Assembly: GCA_023301025.1 (NCBI GenBank)
Contig: JALZUR010000010.1
Span: forward strand, 17,791 to 81,790
DNA: 64,000 nt
DNA from: Bdellovibrionales bacterium
Lineage (GTDB): Bacteria; Bdellovibrionota; Bdellovibrionia; Bdellovibrionales; UBA1609
Direction of reading: 5' to 3'
The position numbers were made by a program, and so were the translations under genes. Each line of letters begins with the position of its first letter. The stretch's first letter is position 1. Positions 1-8,521 of the stretch are shown piece by piece. The notes below the pieces were generated by a model. It was given only the letters and a program-made list of their open reading frames with translations, was not told where the DNA came from and did no database searches.

Positions 1-60
1 TTAATTAAACTTATGTCTGTTGTGGCGTTAATCATTGCTCCACTGATTGCACTGATTTAA
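1..60 (+). CDS. 3' end of an upstream gene (hydrophobic C-terminus, partial)
   Basis: Frame 1 reads LIKLMSVVALIIAPLIALI then TAA at 58-60, and a terminator hairpin follows. The fragment is too short to identify. Confidence 0.25.
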   Translation, partial: LIKLMSVVALIIAPLIALI

Positions 61-104
61 TTCATTAATCTGATTAAATAGTACGACTTATTTAATCAAG
101 CTCG

Positions 105-144
105 AAAGCCAAACTTTACTCTAAAGAGTAGTTTGGCTTTTTTA
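105..144 (+). terminator. Rho-independent terminator
   Basis: AAAGCCAAACT (105-115) pairs with AGTTTGGCTTT (130-140), followed by a T-run. Confidence 0.6.
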
Positions 145-242
145 GTTTTAGCTCGCATATTCAATTAGTTTCAAAAATTTTTTTAAATCGAAAGTTTCTT
201 TAAAATCTTAATTTTTAGACTGAGAGTTACTTACTCTTTTAG

Positions 243-335
243 TTAGATGCTAAGTTTTTTAAAACTTTGTTGATTAGATGCCGAGTTTTTCAAAACTCTG
301 CTGGTTAGATGCCGAGTTTTTTCAAAACTCGGTTT
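243..335. repeat. 3 x 31-bp tandem repeat covering the lpxD stop codon
   Basis: Copies are at 243-273, 274-304 and 305-335: TTAGATGC(C/T)(G/A)AGTTTTT(T)(C/A)AAAACT.... Each contains a hairpin-forming palindrome. Confidence 0.8.
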
Positions 336-1369
336 AAATCTTTTCTCATCTTGTAAAGGTTGCCGAAGGTGGCCCTGTTTTTAAGACCTTCTTTTAAAGG
401 TTGTAAGGGAGAGCCATAGTAGCTTCCTGGCTCTTTTATATCACCATTCACTGCAGATAGCCCTGCTAAGTTAACATTGTCACAGATGTTAAGGTGGCCA
501 CTAACACTGGCATTGCCTCCGGTTGTAAAAAAAGCGCCAATTTTTGTGGAACCTGCCACTTTGAAACCTGCAGTGATTATAGAAAATGCACCAATCAAAC
601 AGTTATGCGAAATATGACAAAGGTTATCAATTTTTGTATGCTTACAAATTTTAGTAAATCCAAATGTACCTCGATCAACCTTTGTGCCAGAGCCAATGTG
701 AACGTGATCTTCTAAAACCACATGACCCTGATGGTTAATGGCGTAGTGCTCACCTGTTTCAAAAGAGCTTCCGTAACCAAAACCTTCAACACCGATAGCT
801 GCATGAGGGTGAAGCTCGCATGCTTCTCCAAGTACTGAGCCATGTCCAACATAAACTGACTCATGAATGCGGCAGGCTTTTTTAATTATACTGTTTGATT
901 GAACCACAGAGTTTGCACCAATCACGACATCGTCTTCAACAACAGTATCAGGTCCAATAAAAACATTTGTTCCAATCAAAGCGTGTTTAGAAACTTTTGC
1001 AGTGGGATGTATGAAACTTTTTTTTAAAAGTTCACTCATATCAAGATCTTTAAATTGATTTTTTAATTTGTCTAAGCCAAAGAGTTCTGTAGAGCATAAA
1101 GCCATTAACAATCTTGGATTTTTAGAAGCAATAATATTTAGTTTTAATGACTTTAGTTCTTCTTGAGCATTATCTTTTGGTATAACAACAGCCGAAGCTT
1201 CACTACTTAAAACTTTTTCTAGAGCTTCTTTTTTAGATATAAAAACGATAGAATTAGGCTGAGGGTCATCTTGTGAGCATAGAGCAGTGATATTAAGCTT
1301 TTCATCAAAATTATTGTAGATATTAGCAAGTTCAGAGTATTTTTCTAAAAATTTTGAAATTGTTATCAT
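305..1369 (-). CDS. lpxD: UDP-3-O-acylglucosamine N-acyltransferase
   Basis: Long run of hexapeptide (LbH) repeats with an LpxD-type N-terminal domain. I chose the ATG at 1369 (MITISKF) because AGGAG lies just upstream; the ORF-track start at 1438 has no SD. Confidence 0.9.
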   Translation of the reverse strand: MITISKFLEKYSELANIYNNFDEKLNITALCSQDDPQPNSIVFISKKEALEKVLSSEASAVVIPKDNAQEELKSLKLNIIASKNPRLLMALCSTELFGLDKLKNQFKDLDMSELLKKSFIHPTAKVSKHALIGTNVFIGPDTVVEDDVVIGANSVVQSNSIIKKACRIHESVYVGHGSVLGEACELHPHAAIGVEGFGYGSSFETGEHYAINHQGHVVLEDHVHIGSGTKVDRGTFGFTKICKHTKIDNLCHISHNCLIGAFSIITAGFKVAGSTKIGAFFTTGGNASVSGHLNICDNVNLAGLSAVNGDIKEPGSYYGSPLQPLKEGLKNRATFGNLYKMRKDLNRVLKKLGI

Positions 1370-1497
1370 TTTATGCTCCTCTAATGTTGAAGAAATATTA
1401 CAAAATGCTAAAAAATTAACATAGTTCCCTCTAGCCATCGTTCTAAGAGTGTTGTATCTTTTTGTTAAGTATCAGGTAATAACGCACGAGGTTAAAC

Positions 1498-1839
1498 ATG
1501 TCCGAAGAATTAGAAACCACAGCGGAGACGTCTAAGAAAAAAGCAACTAAAAAAGCTACTGCTGAAGCTGCGCCTAAAGTTAAGAAAAAAAGAATGACGA
1601 AGGCTGAAAGAGAAGCTAATGAAGAAGCTGAAAGACTAAAAGAGAAATGGAATGAGCTTAACGCTTTATCTGAGGGCCAGCCTGCTAAAAAGTACAAGCT
1701 CTCTGAAGAGTTTGAGCCCAACATGGCTATTGATCACCCCAAAATGGGTTGGGGGTATGTCTTAAGCTCTCAAAACAATCGCATTGAAGTGTTGTTTGAA
1801 GAGGGCATTAAAGTGCTAATTTCAAACTATAAAGGTTAA
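1498..1839 (+). CDS. Small lysine-rich protein with a DUF3553/Tudor-like C-terminal domain
   Basis: N-terminus is SKKKATKKATAEAAPKVKKKR. C-terminus HPKMGWGYVLSSQNNRIEVLFEEGIKVLI resembles the H..(W/F)G.G.V...V.F..G.K motif. GAGG SD lies upstream. Confidence 0.6.
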   Translation: MSEELETTAETSKKKATKKATAEAAPKVKKKRMTKAEREANEEAERLKEKWNELNALSEGQPAKKYKLSEEFEPNMAIDHPKMGWGYVLSSQNNRIEVLFEEGIKVLISNYKG

Positions 1840-1846
1840 TTTAATT

Positions 1847-2065
1847 ATGGCAAAAGACGATTTAGCTCAACTTGAAGGTAAAGTAATTGATGCCGGTGCC
1901 GGTGGACTCTACAAAGTTGAGTTAGAAAATGGAGCAGCAATAAAAGCAAAGCTCTGTGGTAAGATGAGAAGATTTAACATCCGTGTTGTTGTTGGGGATA
2001 AAGTATCAGTAGGTGTTTCACCTTATGACCCTACACATGGTCTGATTTTGTATAGACACAAATAA
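1847..2065 (+). CDS. infA: Translation initiation factor IF-1
   Basis: 72-aa S1-like protein with a typical IF-1 sequence (GKMRRFNIRVVVGDKV...SPYD). Confidence 0.95.
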   Translation: MAKDDLAQLEGKVIDAGAGGLYKVELENGAAIKAKLCGKMRRFNIRVVVGDKVSVGVSPYDPTHGLILYRHK

Positions 2066-2100
2066 GTCTCAGGCTACTTAAAATAAAATAATACATTACT

Positions 2101-4545
2101 ATGAAGACAATTGATCACATTAAAAAATCAGGACTTAAGTCAAGTGATGAGAGCTTAAACTTAGTTATAGAGCTCTATGAAAAAGGTTTAAGTCTTGGTG
2201 AAGTTTTTTTTAATTCAAAGATTTGGTCTGATAAAAGTCTCAATCTATGGAATTTAGATAAGTGCTTTTATGACTTAAACTCTCTTTCTAAGTTTAATGA
2301 GCGTAAAATAAAATATGTACAAGATCTTACCAAAAGAGAAGTCGATCAAGCAGTTGTAGACAAGCTCAATGAGACTCAGGACGTAAAGGTTTTAGAACAT
2401 TACTACAGACCTTACAAAAGAAAGAAAAAAACACGTGTTACACTTGCCAGAGAAGCTGGGCTTCAAAAGTTTGCAGAAGAGCTTTTAGAAAATGCAAAAA
2501 AAGGTGAAAACTTTTCTGAAGGCATAGAATCAGCTGCAAAAAAATATATTCAACCAGCTCTTGGATACATTACCTTTGAGCACGTTCTTAAAGGTGCACA
2601 AGACATTATAGTAGATCAGGTTTTAAAAGATCGTTTTGATTTACGCCTTGAGGTTTTTAAAGTTGCCACTAGTGAGGCTAAAATTTCAATTCAAGCAGGT
2701 GAAAAGTTTCAAGAAAACTCTAGGTTTTCATCTTTTGTAAAGTCACCTGCGCATAAAACTGCTTTTTATAAAAATCCTAAAAACTTTGATAAATTTCCGA
2801 TTATTAAAAAAGCTTGGGAAGATGGACATCTAAAAGTAAGTCTTGATTTTGATTTAACATCCTTAAAAGAAAATTTTGAAAAAGCCTTTGCACCTGATGG
2901 ACTACAAGGAGATCTTACATCTTTTTTAAAATCTTGTGCTAAGAAAGCTTTTGAAGTTCATGTTCTGCCTTCAGTTACTACTGAAGTCTTTGATGACTTT
3001 TATGAAACCTCTCGCGCTGTTTATATAGATAAACTTAAAAAAGACTATCTTTCTCTTTTAAATACCCCGGCTTTTGGTGAAAAATCTGTTTTATCGCTTT
3101 ATGAGAAATCTCCACAAGAGGTGTTTTTAGTTCTTGTAAGTCACAAAGGGGATTATGTTTCGTCTACTACAATTGATAGTACTAAAGATGATGTTGTTGA
3201 AAATCTAACAACTGTTTTAGGTGACATTGTAAAAAACATTGATTTAGGTGCTATCGCACTTCCTTTGAGTCTTAACTCCAGACAACTTGAGAAGTTTTTT
3301 AAAAAAGCGCTAGAAAACTTAAAAAAATCAGAGTCAGTGCCTTTAGTTTACGTTTCATCTAGGGGTATTCCACAATTTATTGGAAAACCTGAGGCTAAGT
3401 TTAATCTGCCTTCTGAAAAAGAGAGTGGTAAGATTGATAATTTTATACTTTCTGCATTTAGGCTCGCTAAGCGTCTTCAAGATCCACTTTATGAGTATGC
3501 AGAGCACGAACCTTCTAAGCTTTTAGATGTTCCGTCATTTATTGAATCAGAAGCTTTAGATAAAGAGCTTTTTAAGATACTAAGTTTTGCAGTTTGTCGT
3601 TCTGGTCTAGAGTCTAAAAACGTAAGTCCTGGTTTAATTCAAAATCTTAATTGGTTTAAAGAAGATGCAGGTGAAACTATTGATGAAGTGTTTAAATTCT
3701 CTTCAGATTTTAGATCGACTAATGCCGAAGAGAAAAAAAACCTAGAAAGTTTAATTCCAAAAAGTTTTACAAGATTTTCTAAGTTTTTTAAATTTTCAAA
3801 CGCTTTAAATCTGCTCGATAAATCAAGAATTTCAGTTGATGACTTCTCAAAGATAAAAGATTTTTTCAAAGACAATGAGCTCTCACTACTTAAAGGTCCT
3901 TTGGACACATCTAATGAAAAGTGGACCACGCTTTTTGAAAAAGATTGGGTGAATTATATAAACTCTGAACTTTCTGCTCCCTTTAAAGATCTTAGAAAAG
4001 ACTACAAGGTTTTTAGTTTTTCAAAGTCAGCATTTTCTCTTGAAGACCTAGTTGTAGATAACCTTTATTGGGGTGTTGTTTCTAAGTTTTCTTCTTTTGG
4101 TGCCTTTGTCGATCTCGGTGTCGGAGTAAACGGCCTTGTTCATCTTTCGGAACTTTCAAATGAGTATGTTTCAGATCCAAGAAAAGTTCTAAGACTTGAT
4201 CAGTGGATTTTAATTAAGCTTTTAAAGGTTGATGTAAAATCAAAACAGATCTCACTATCTAAAACAAAAGCCGATCAAAGAAACGATGGAAAAAGAGAAG
4301 GCCGTAGAGACAGTAGCTTTAAGAATTCAAACAAGAGCGGTGATAGAAGTAACAGCTCTTACAAAGGCAGTAAAAGTGGTTATCAAGGCAAAGGCTCTGG
4401 TAAGTCTAAAAGATTTGATAAGTCAGAAGGTTCAAAAAATACTTCTGGTAGAAAGCCTTTTGATAAAAACTCTTCTAGTAAAAAACGTAGCACCAGACCT
4501 TTTAATAACCCCTTTGCTCAAGCCCTTGGTGATCTAAAAGATTAA
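2101..4545 (+). CDS. Tex-like transcription accessory protein (divergent) with C-terminal S1 domain and low-complexity tail
   Basis: Tex-type motif YYRPYKRKKKTRVTLAREAGL. S1 domain is YWGVVSKFSSFGAFVDLGVGVNGLVHLSELS. The last ~100 aa are rich in Ser, Lys and Gly. Confidence 0.7.
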   Translation: MKTIDHIKKSGLKSSDESLNLVIELYEKGLSLGEVFFNSKIWSDKSLNLWNLDKCFYDLNSLSKFNERKIKYVQDLTKREVDQAVVDKLNETQDVKVLEHYYRPYKRKKKTRVTLAREAGLQKFAEELLENAKKGENFSEGIESAAKKYIQPALGYITFEHVLKGAQDIIVDQVLKDRFDLRLEVFKVATSEAKISIQAGEKFQENSRFSSFVKSPAHKTAFYKNPKNFDKFPIIKKAWEDGHLKVSLDFDLTSLKENFEKAFAPDGLQGDLTSFLKSCAKKAFEVHVLPSVTTEVFDDFYETSRAVYIDKLKKDYLSLLNTPAFGEKSVLSLYEKSPQEVFLVLVSHKGDYVSSTTIDSTKDDVVENLTTVLGDIVKNIDLGAIALPLSLNSRQLEKFFKKALENLKKSESVPLVYVSSRGIPQFIGKPEAKFNLPSEKESGKIDNFILSAFRLAKRLQDPLYEYAEHEPSKLLDVPSFIESEALDKELFKILSFAVCRSGLESKNVSPGLIQNLNWFKEDAGETIDEVFKFSSDFRSTNAEEKKNLESLIPKSFTRFSKFFKFSNALNLLDKSRISVDDFSKIKDFFKDNELSLLKGPLDTSNEKWTTLFEKDWVNYINSELSAPFKDLRKDYKVFSFSKSAFSLEDLVVDNLYWGVVSKFSSFGAFVDLGVGVNGLVHLSELSNEYVSDPRKVLRLDQWILIKLLKVDVKSKQISLSKTKADQRNDGKREGRRDSSFKNSNKSGDRSNSSYKGSKSGYQGKGSGKSKRFDKSEGSKNTSGRKPFDKNSSSKKRSTRPFNNPFAQALGDLKD

Positions 4546-4596
4546 TAGGCCTGTAATTTTTAATTAAATCCTGAGAAACTCTAGCTTCGTTAGAGT

Positions 4597-5436
4597 TTAT
4601 TCTAAGAGATGATTTACTGTCTCAACAAAACCTTTACCGCCCTCTGAAGGGGTAATAAACTTTGGTTTGTCTGTCATATTTTTTAGAAAAACATCGATAT
4701 TTTTCACAGCAACTGAGTTTTTAAACATACTAAAGTTTTCTTCATCGTTTGGACTATCACCGATAAAAACGGATTTTTCGTTAATATCTGAAAAGTCTTT
4801 TTTTAGATGTATTTTACAAAACTTTTTAATCATTTTTGATTTATTATAATCACCAAACCAACCGTTTACATGAATAGAGCTTATCTTTGCTTGTGCACCG
4901 TGATTTTTAAAAACCTCAACAATTTTATCAATCTCTGACTTTGAAAGTTCTAAAACATCTTCTTTAAAATCAATAGCCAAATCCATGAGCCTGCAGAATT
5001 GATCGGAAGCAAGACCTGCACCTTTAATAGTTTTAAAAATCTCATCTTGTATTTTATTTAGCTTTAAACGATTTTCTTTTTGCTCATCTTCTGTCATCCA
5101 AAACTCTCTGTGAACTTTTTGCGGTTCTCTTTTTGTTTCAGAAATGTGATCAGTTTGAGTCTCTGAATTTGCATTAGAAAAGCTAAAGTAAAAACCTCCA
5201 TTTTCACCAATTACGGCTTCTACGGGCCATGTTCTTAAAATCATTTCACACCATCCAGCGGGCCTTCCTGTAACTGGTATAACTTTTATGCCAGAATGAT
5301 AAAGCCTCCAAAGAGCTGAGTAGGCATCATCACGAAGCTTTCCTTCTTCTGTTAAAGTGTCGTCGATATCTGTGAAAAAATACTTAAGGGTATCAACTTT
5401 AAGATCTGTCAGCTTATTTGTGTTATTATTAGGCAT
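4597..5436 (-). CDS. HAD-IIB family hydrolase (sugar-phosphate phosphatase-like)
   Basis: HAD motif I FTDIDDTLT, motif II VTGR, motif IV GDSPNDEENF. Confidence 0.75.
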   Translation of the reverse strand: MPNNNTNKLTDLKVDTLKYFFTDIDDTLTEEGKLRDDAYSALWRLYHSGIKVIPVTGRPAGWCEMILRTWPVEAVIGENGGFYFSFSNANSETQTDHISETKREPQKVHREFWMTEDEQKENRLKLNKIQDEIFKTIKGAGLASDQFCRLMDLAIDFKEDVLELSKSEIDKIVEVFKNHGAQAKISSIHVNGWFGDYNKSKMIKKFCKIHLKKDFSDINEKSVFIGDSPNDEENFSMFKNSVAVKNIDVFLKNMTDKPKFITPSEGGKGFVETVNHLLE

Positions 5437-5521
5437 TGATGCTCCGTGGCTTTTCTGAATTGTTTATTCGTTTTTAACACAAGCAGCGTAAGATACGGAT
5501 ATTAATTATAAATGAGGGTGC

Positions 5522-8233
5522 ATGGCAGCAAAAAAACTAGTAATTGTAGAGTCCCCAACAAAAGCGAGAACTATTAAAAAGTTTTTATCTAAAGACTATA
5601 TTGTAGAATCTTGTATGGGTCATATCAGAGACCTTCCTAAATCGGCAAAAGAGATTCCTGAAAAGTACAAAAAAGAAAAATGGGCACGCATTGGTGTAAA
5701 TGTAGAAAAAAATTTTGAACCTATTTATCTCGTTCCAAAAACCAAAACAAAAGTGGTTACACAACTTAAAAAACTTTTAAAAGAAGCAGACGAGCTCTAT
5801 CTCGCAACGGACGAAGACAGAGAAGGAGAGAGCATCAGTTGGCATCTATTAGAGGTGCTAAAGCCAAAGGTTCCTGTTAAACGAATGGTCTTTCATGAGA
5901 TCACAAAAACTGCCATCTTAAATGCTTTAGATGACTGTCGAGAGATTAACTTTGACATGGTCAGAGCCCAAGAGGCCAGGCGTATATTAGATAGATTAGT
6001 TGGGTTTACTATCTCGCCACTTTTGTGGAAGAAAGTTGCCTATGGTTTATCAGCCGGAAGAGTTCAATCTGTTGCAGTAAAGCTTATCTCAGAAAAAGAA
6101 CAAGAGCGTGTGTCTTTTGTTAAATCATTTTATTCATCTATTTCGGGAACAGCTGAAAAAGATGGAAAAGCTTTTGAAACTAGGCTGACTGAGTGGAAAG
6201 GAAAACGCTTAGCGACAGGAAAAGATTTTGATGAAAAAAATGGGGAGCTTAAACCTGATAAAAAAGATCTTGTTCATTTAAATGAGCAAACATCTTTAGA
6301 TGTTTTAAAAGAATTAGAAAACAAGGTTTTAGATGTTTTATCAGTTGATGAACGCCCTGTATCTAGAAAACCAGCAGCCCCTTTTATAACTTCGACATTG
6401 CAACAAGAGGCCAACAGGAAACTTGGTTTAAGTTCTAGAGAGGCCATGCAAGTGGCGCAAAAGTTATACGAGCAAGGTCACATTACTTATATGAGAACAG
6501 ACTCTACCTTTTTATCAGGGCAGGCTATAAACGCTGCAAGGGACTGTATAAAAGATCTCTATGGTAAAGAGTACTTACCTAAAGACCCTCGTGATTATTC
6601 TAAGAAAAAATCAAAAGGCGCACAAGAGGCCCATGAAGCTATTCGCCCAGCTGGTTCTGAATTTATTAAACCCGAAGATACCAATTTAAAAGGTCCGCAG
6701 TTTGAGCTTTACGATCTAATTTGGAAGAGAACGGTTGCATCTCAAATGGTCAATGCTGAGCAAAAACAAATGTCTGTGAAGATCAAAGCTGGAGAAGGGC
6801 TTTTTACATCAAACGGGTTATCTTTAGTTTTTCCTGGATTTTTTAAAGCGTATGTCGAAGGTTTCGATGATCCTGAAAAAGCTTTGAACAACAAAGAAGT
6901 CCATCTTCCGCAACTGAGTGTGGGGGATAAGGCCAAATTAAAAGAGCTTAGAAATAACCAACATGAAACAAAAGCTCCTGCTAGATACACAGAAGCTAGC
7001 CTGGTTCAAAAACTAGAAAAAGAAGGGGTAGGTAGACCTTCAACTTACGCTTCAATCATTGGAACCGTTCAAGATCGTGGTTATGTTAATAAAGTTGGTA
7101 ACTCTCTACAGCCAACCTTTACAGCCTTGATTGTTACAAAGCTTTTAGAAAAACATTTATCTAATTATGTTGATTTAAACTTTACATCTGAGATGGAAAA
7201 CTCTTTAGATCTTATTGCGGATGGTGAAAAAGAATGGACGCAGTATTTAAAAAGTGTCTACCTCGGTAAAACTGGTCTTCGAGAAGAGGTCGAAAAAAAT
7301 GAAGAAAAAATTAACCCTGAAGAGTCTAGAGCTATCACTTTAAAAAAGCTTGAGGGTTTAACGTTTAAAGTAGGGCGCTACGGTGCTTACGTGTGTAAAG
7401 ACAACAATGGAGAAGAGGTATGCGCCTCTCTTCCTGAAGACAGAGCACCTGCTGATGTTGAAGTCTCTTACGTTGATAAGATTATTGATCAAAAGATAAA
7501 CGGAACTGATGCTTTGGGTAAAGACCCAAAAACGGATATGCCTGTTTATGTTTTAACTGGACGTTACGGACCATACGTACAATTAGGTGAAAGTGACGGC
7601 GGTGAAAAAGAAAAGCCAAAACGCTCATCTATTCCGCCAACTATGGAGCCTGACAATTTAACACTTGATCAAGCACTTTCTTTGTTAGCACTTCCTAAGG
7701 TTTTAGGAGAGCATCCTGATACAAAGGTAGAGATAAAAGCAGGACTCGGAAGATTCGGTCCATTTATTGTTTATGAAAAAGATTTTAGATCTATTCCAAA
7801 AGATATGGATCTTTTTACAATCACTTTAGAACAAGCTTTAGAACTTTTATCTCGTCCAAAAAGAGGTAGAGGTAAGGCTGCTCCTTTGAAAGTTTTAGGA
7901 GAGCATCCAAAGGTAAAAGTAGAAGTTGCTGTTTACAACGGAAAGTATGGTCCTTATATTAAGTGCGATAAAGTGAATGTTTCTGTCCCTGAAGGGCAGA
8001 AACCAGAAGACGTTACTTTGGAACAGGCTGTTGATCTTTTGGCTGATCGCATAGATGAGGTGTCTGCAAAGAAAACTGCTAAAAAAGCCACCAAAAAAAC
8101 TAGCAAAAAGACCAGTAAGAAGACAGCCAAAAAAGCGACAAAGAAAAAAGCCAGTAAAAAGAAAGTGGCTTCTGAAACTGTTGAAAAACCTGAATTTAAG
8201 AAAAAGATAATTACACGAAAAAAAGTCACATAA
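5522..8233 (+). CDS. topA: DNA topoisomerase I
   Basis: Toprim (LVIVESPTKA, DEDREGE), catalytic region YMRTDS, four Cys-less C-terminal repeats (GRYGAYV, GRYGPYV, GRFGPFI, GKYGPYI) and a Lys-rich tail. Confidence 0.95.
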   Translation: MAAKKLVIVESPTKARTIKKFLSKDYIVESCMGHIRDLPKSAKEIPEKYKKEKWARIGVNVEKNFEPIYLVPKTKTKVVTQLKKLLKEADELYLATDEDREGESISWHLLEVLKPKVPVKRMVFHEITKTAILNALDDCREINFDMVRAQEARRILDRLVGFTISPLLWKKVAYGLSAGRVQSVAVKLISEKEQERVSFVKSFYSSISGTAEKDGKAFETRLTEWKGKRLATGKDFDEKNGELKPDKKDLVHLNEQTSLDVLKELENKVLDVLSVDERPVSRKPAAPFITSTLQQEANRKLGLSSREAMQVAQKLYEQGHITYMRTDSTFLSGQAINAARDCIKDLYGKEYLPKDPRDYSKKKSKGAQEAHEAIRPAGSEFIKPEDTNLKGPQFELYDLIWKRTVASQMVNAEQKQMSVKIKAGEGLFTSNGLSLVFPGFFKAYVEGFDDPEKALNNKEVHLPQLSVGDKAKLKELRNNQHETKAPARYTEASLVQKLEKEGVGRPSTYASIIGTVQDRGYVNKVGNSLQPTFTALIVTKLLEKHLSNYVDLNFTSEMENSLDLIADGEKEWTQYLKSVYLGKTGLREEVEKNEEKINPEESRAITLKKLEGLTFKVGRYGAYVCKDNNGEEVCASLPEDRAPADVEVSYVDKIIDQKINGTDALGKDPKTDMPVYVLTGRYGPYVQLGESDGGEKEKPKRSSIPPTMEPDNLTLDQALSLLALPKVLGEHPDTKVEIKAGLGRFGPFIVYEKDFRSIPKDMDLFTITLEQALELLSRPKRGRGKAAPLKVLGEHPKVKVEVAVYNGKYGPYIKCDKVNVSVPEGQKPEDVTLEQAVDLLADRIDEVSAKKTAKKATKKTSKKTSKKTAKKATKKKASKKKVASETVEKPEFKKKIITRKKVT

Positions 8234-8521
8234 ATATTTTAGTTTTTTTGACCTAATTTTTTAAAATTAGGTCAAAGATCTAGTTGTGTCTTTAATTTAT
8301 TTGCAGAGCTTTGAATGGCCCATCTATTGAAAGCTTCATATAAAATTTAAATAAATATTTTGTTCAAACGCTCTCTTCTATACGTATTTTACATATGATA
8401 ATTTTAATCCAAATATAAGACGGGTTTTTTTTTAGACTCAATCTACCGATATAAATGTGTTATATTAAAACAGGTTAGCTCATTTTTTTGCGTTATAGCC
8501 TGAAGAAAGGAAAATCGCCTA

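Noticed and set aside
1443-1724. 93-aa minus-strand ORF antisense to the lysine-rich protein gene
   Set aside because: It is the mirror image of a Lys/Ala/Glu-rich coding region, giving a Phe/Leu/Ser-rich product. It has no SD and overlaps a better-supported gene.
7954-8229. 91-aa minus-strand ORF antisense to the topA tail; the same applies to 4286-4537 (+) in the Tex tail and 3639-3929 (-)
   Set aside because: These are low-complexity artefacts of AAG/AAA-rich repeats. Their products are Phe/Leu-rich, and they show no independent signals.
8247-8277. 13-bp perfect AT-rich hairpin after topA (TTGACCTAATTTT/AAAATTAGGTCAA) as a terminator
   Set aside because: No T-run follows on the + strand, and the stem is almost all A-T. 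It may still act as a terminator, but I could not support a confident call.
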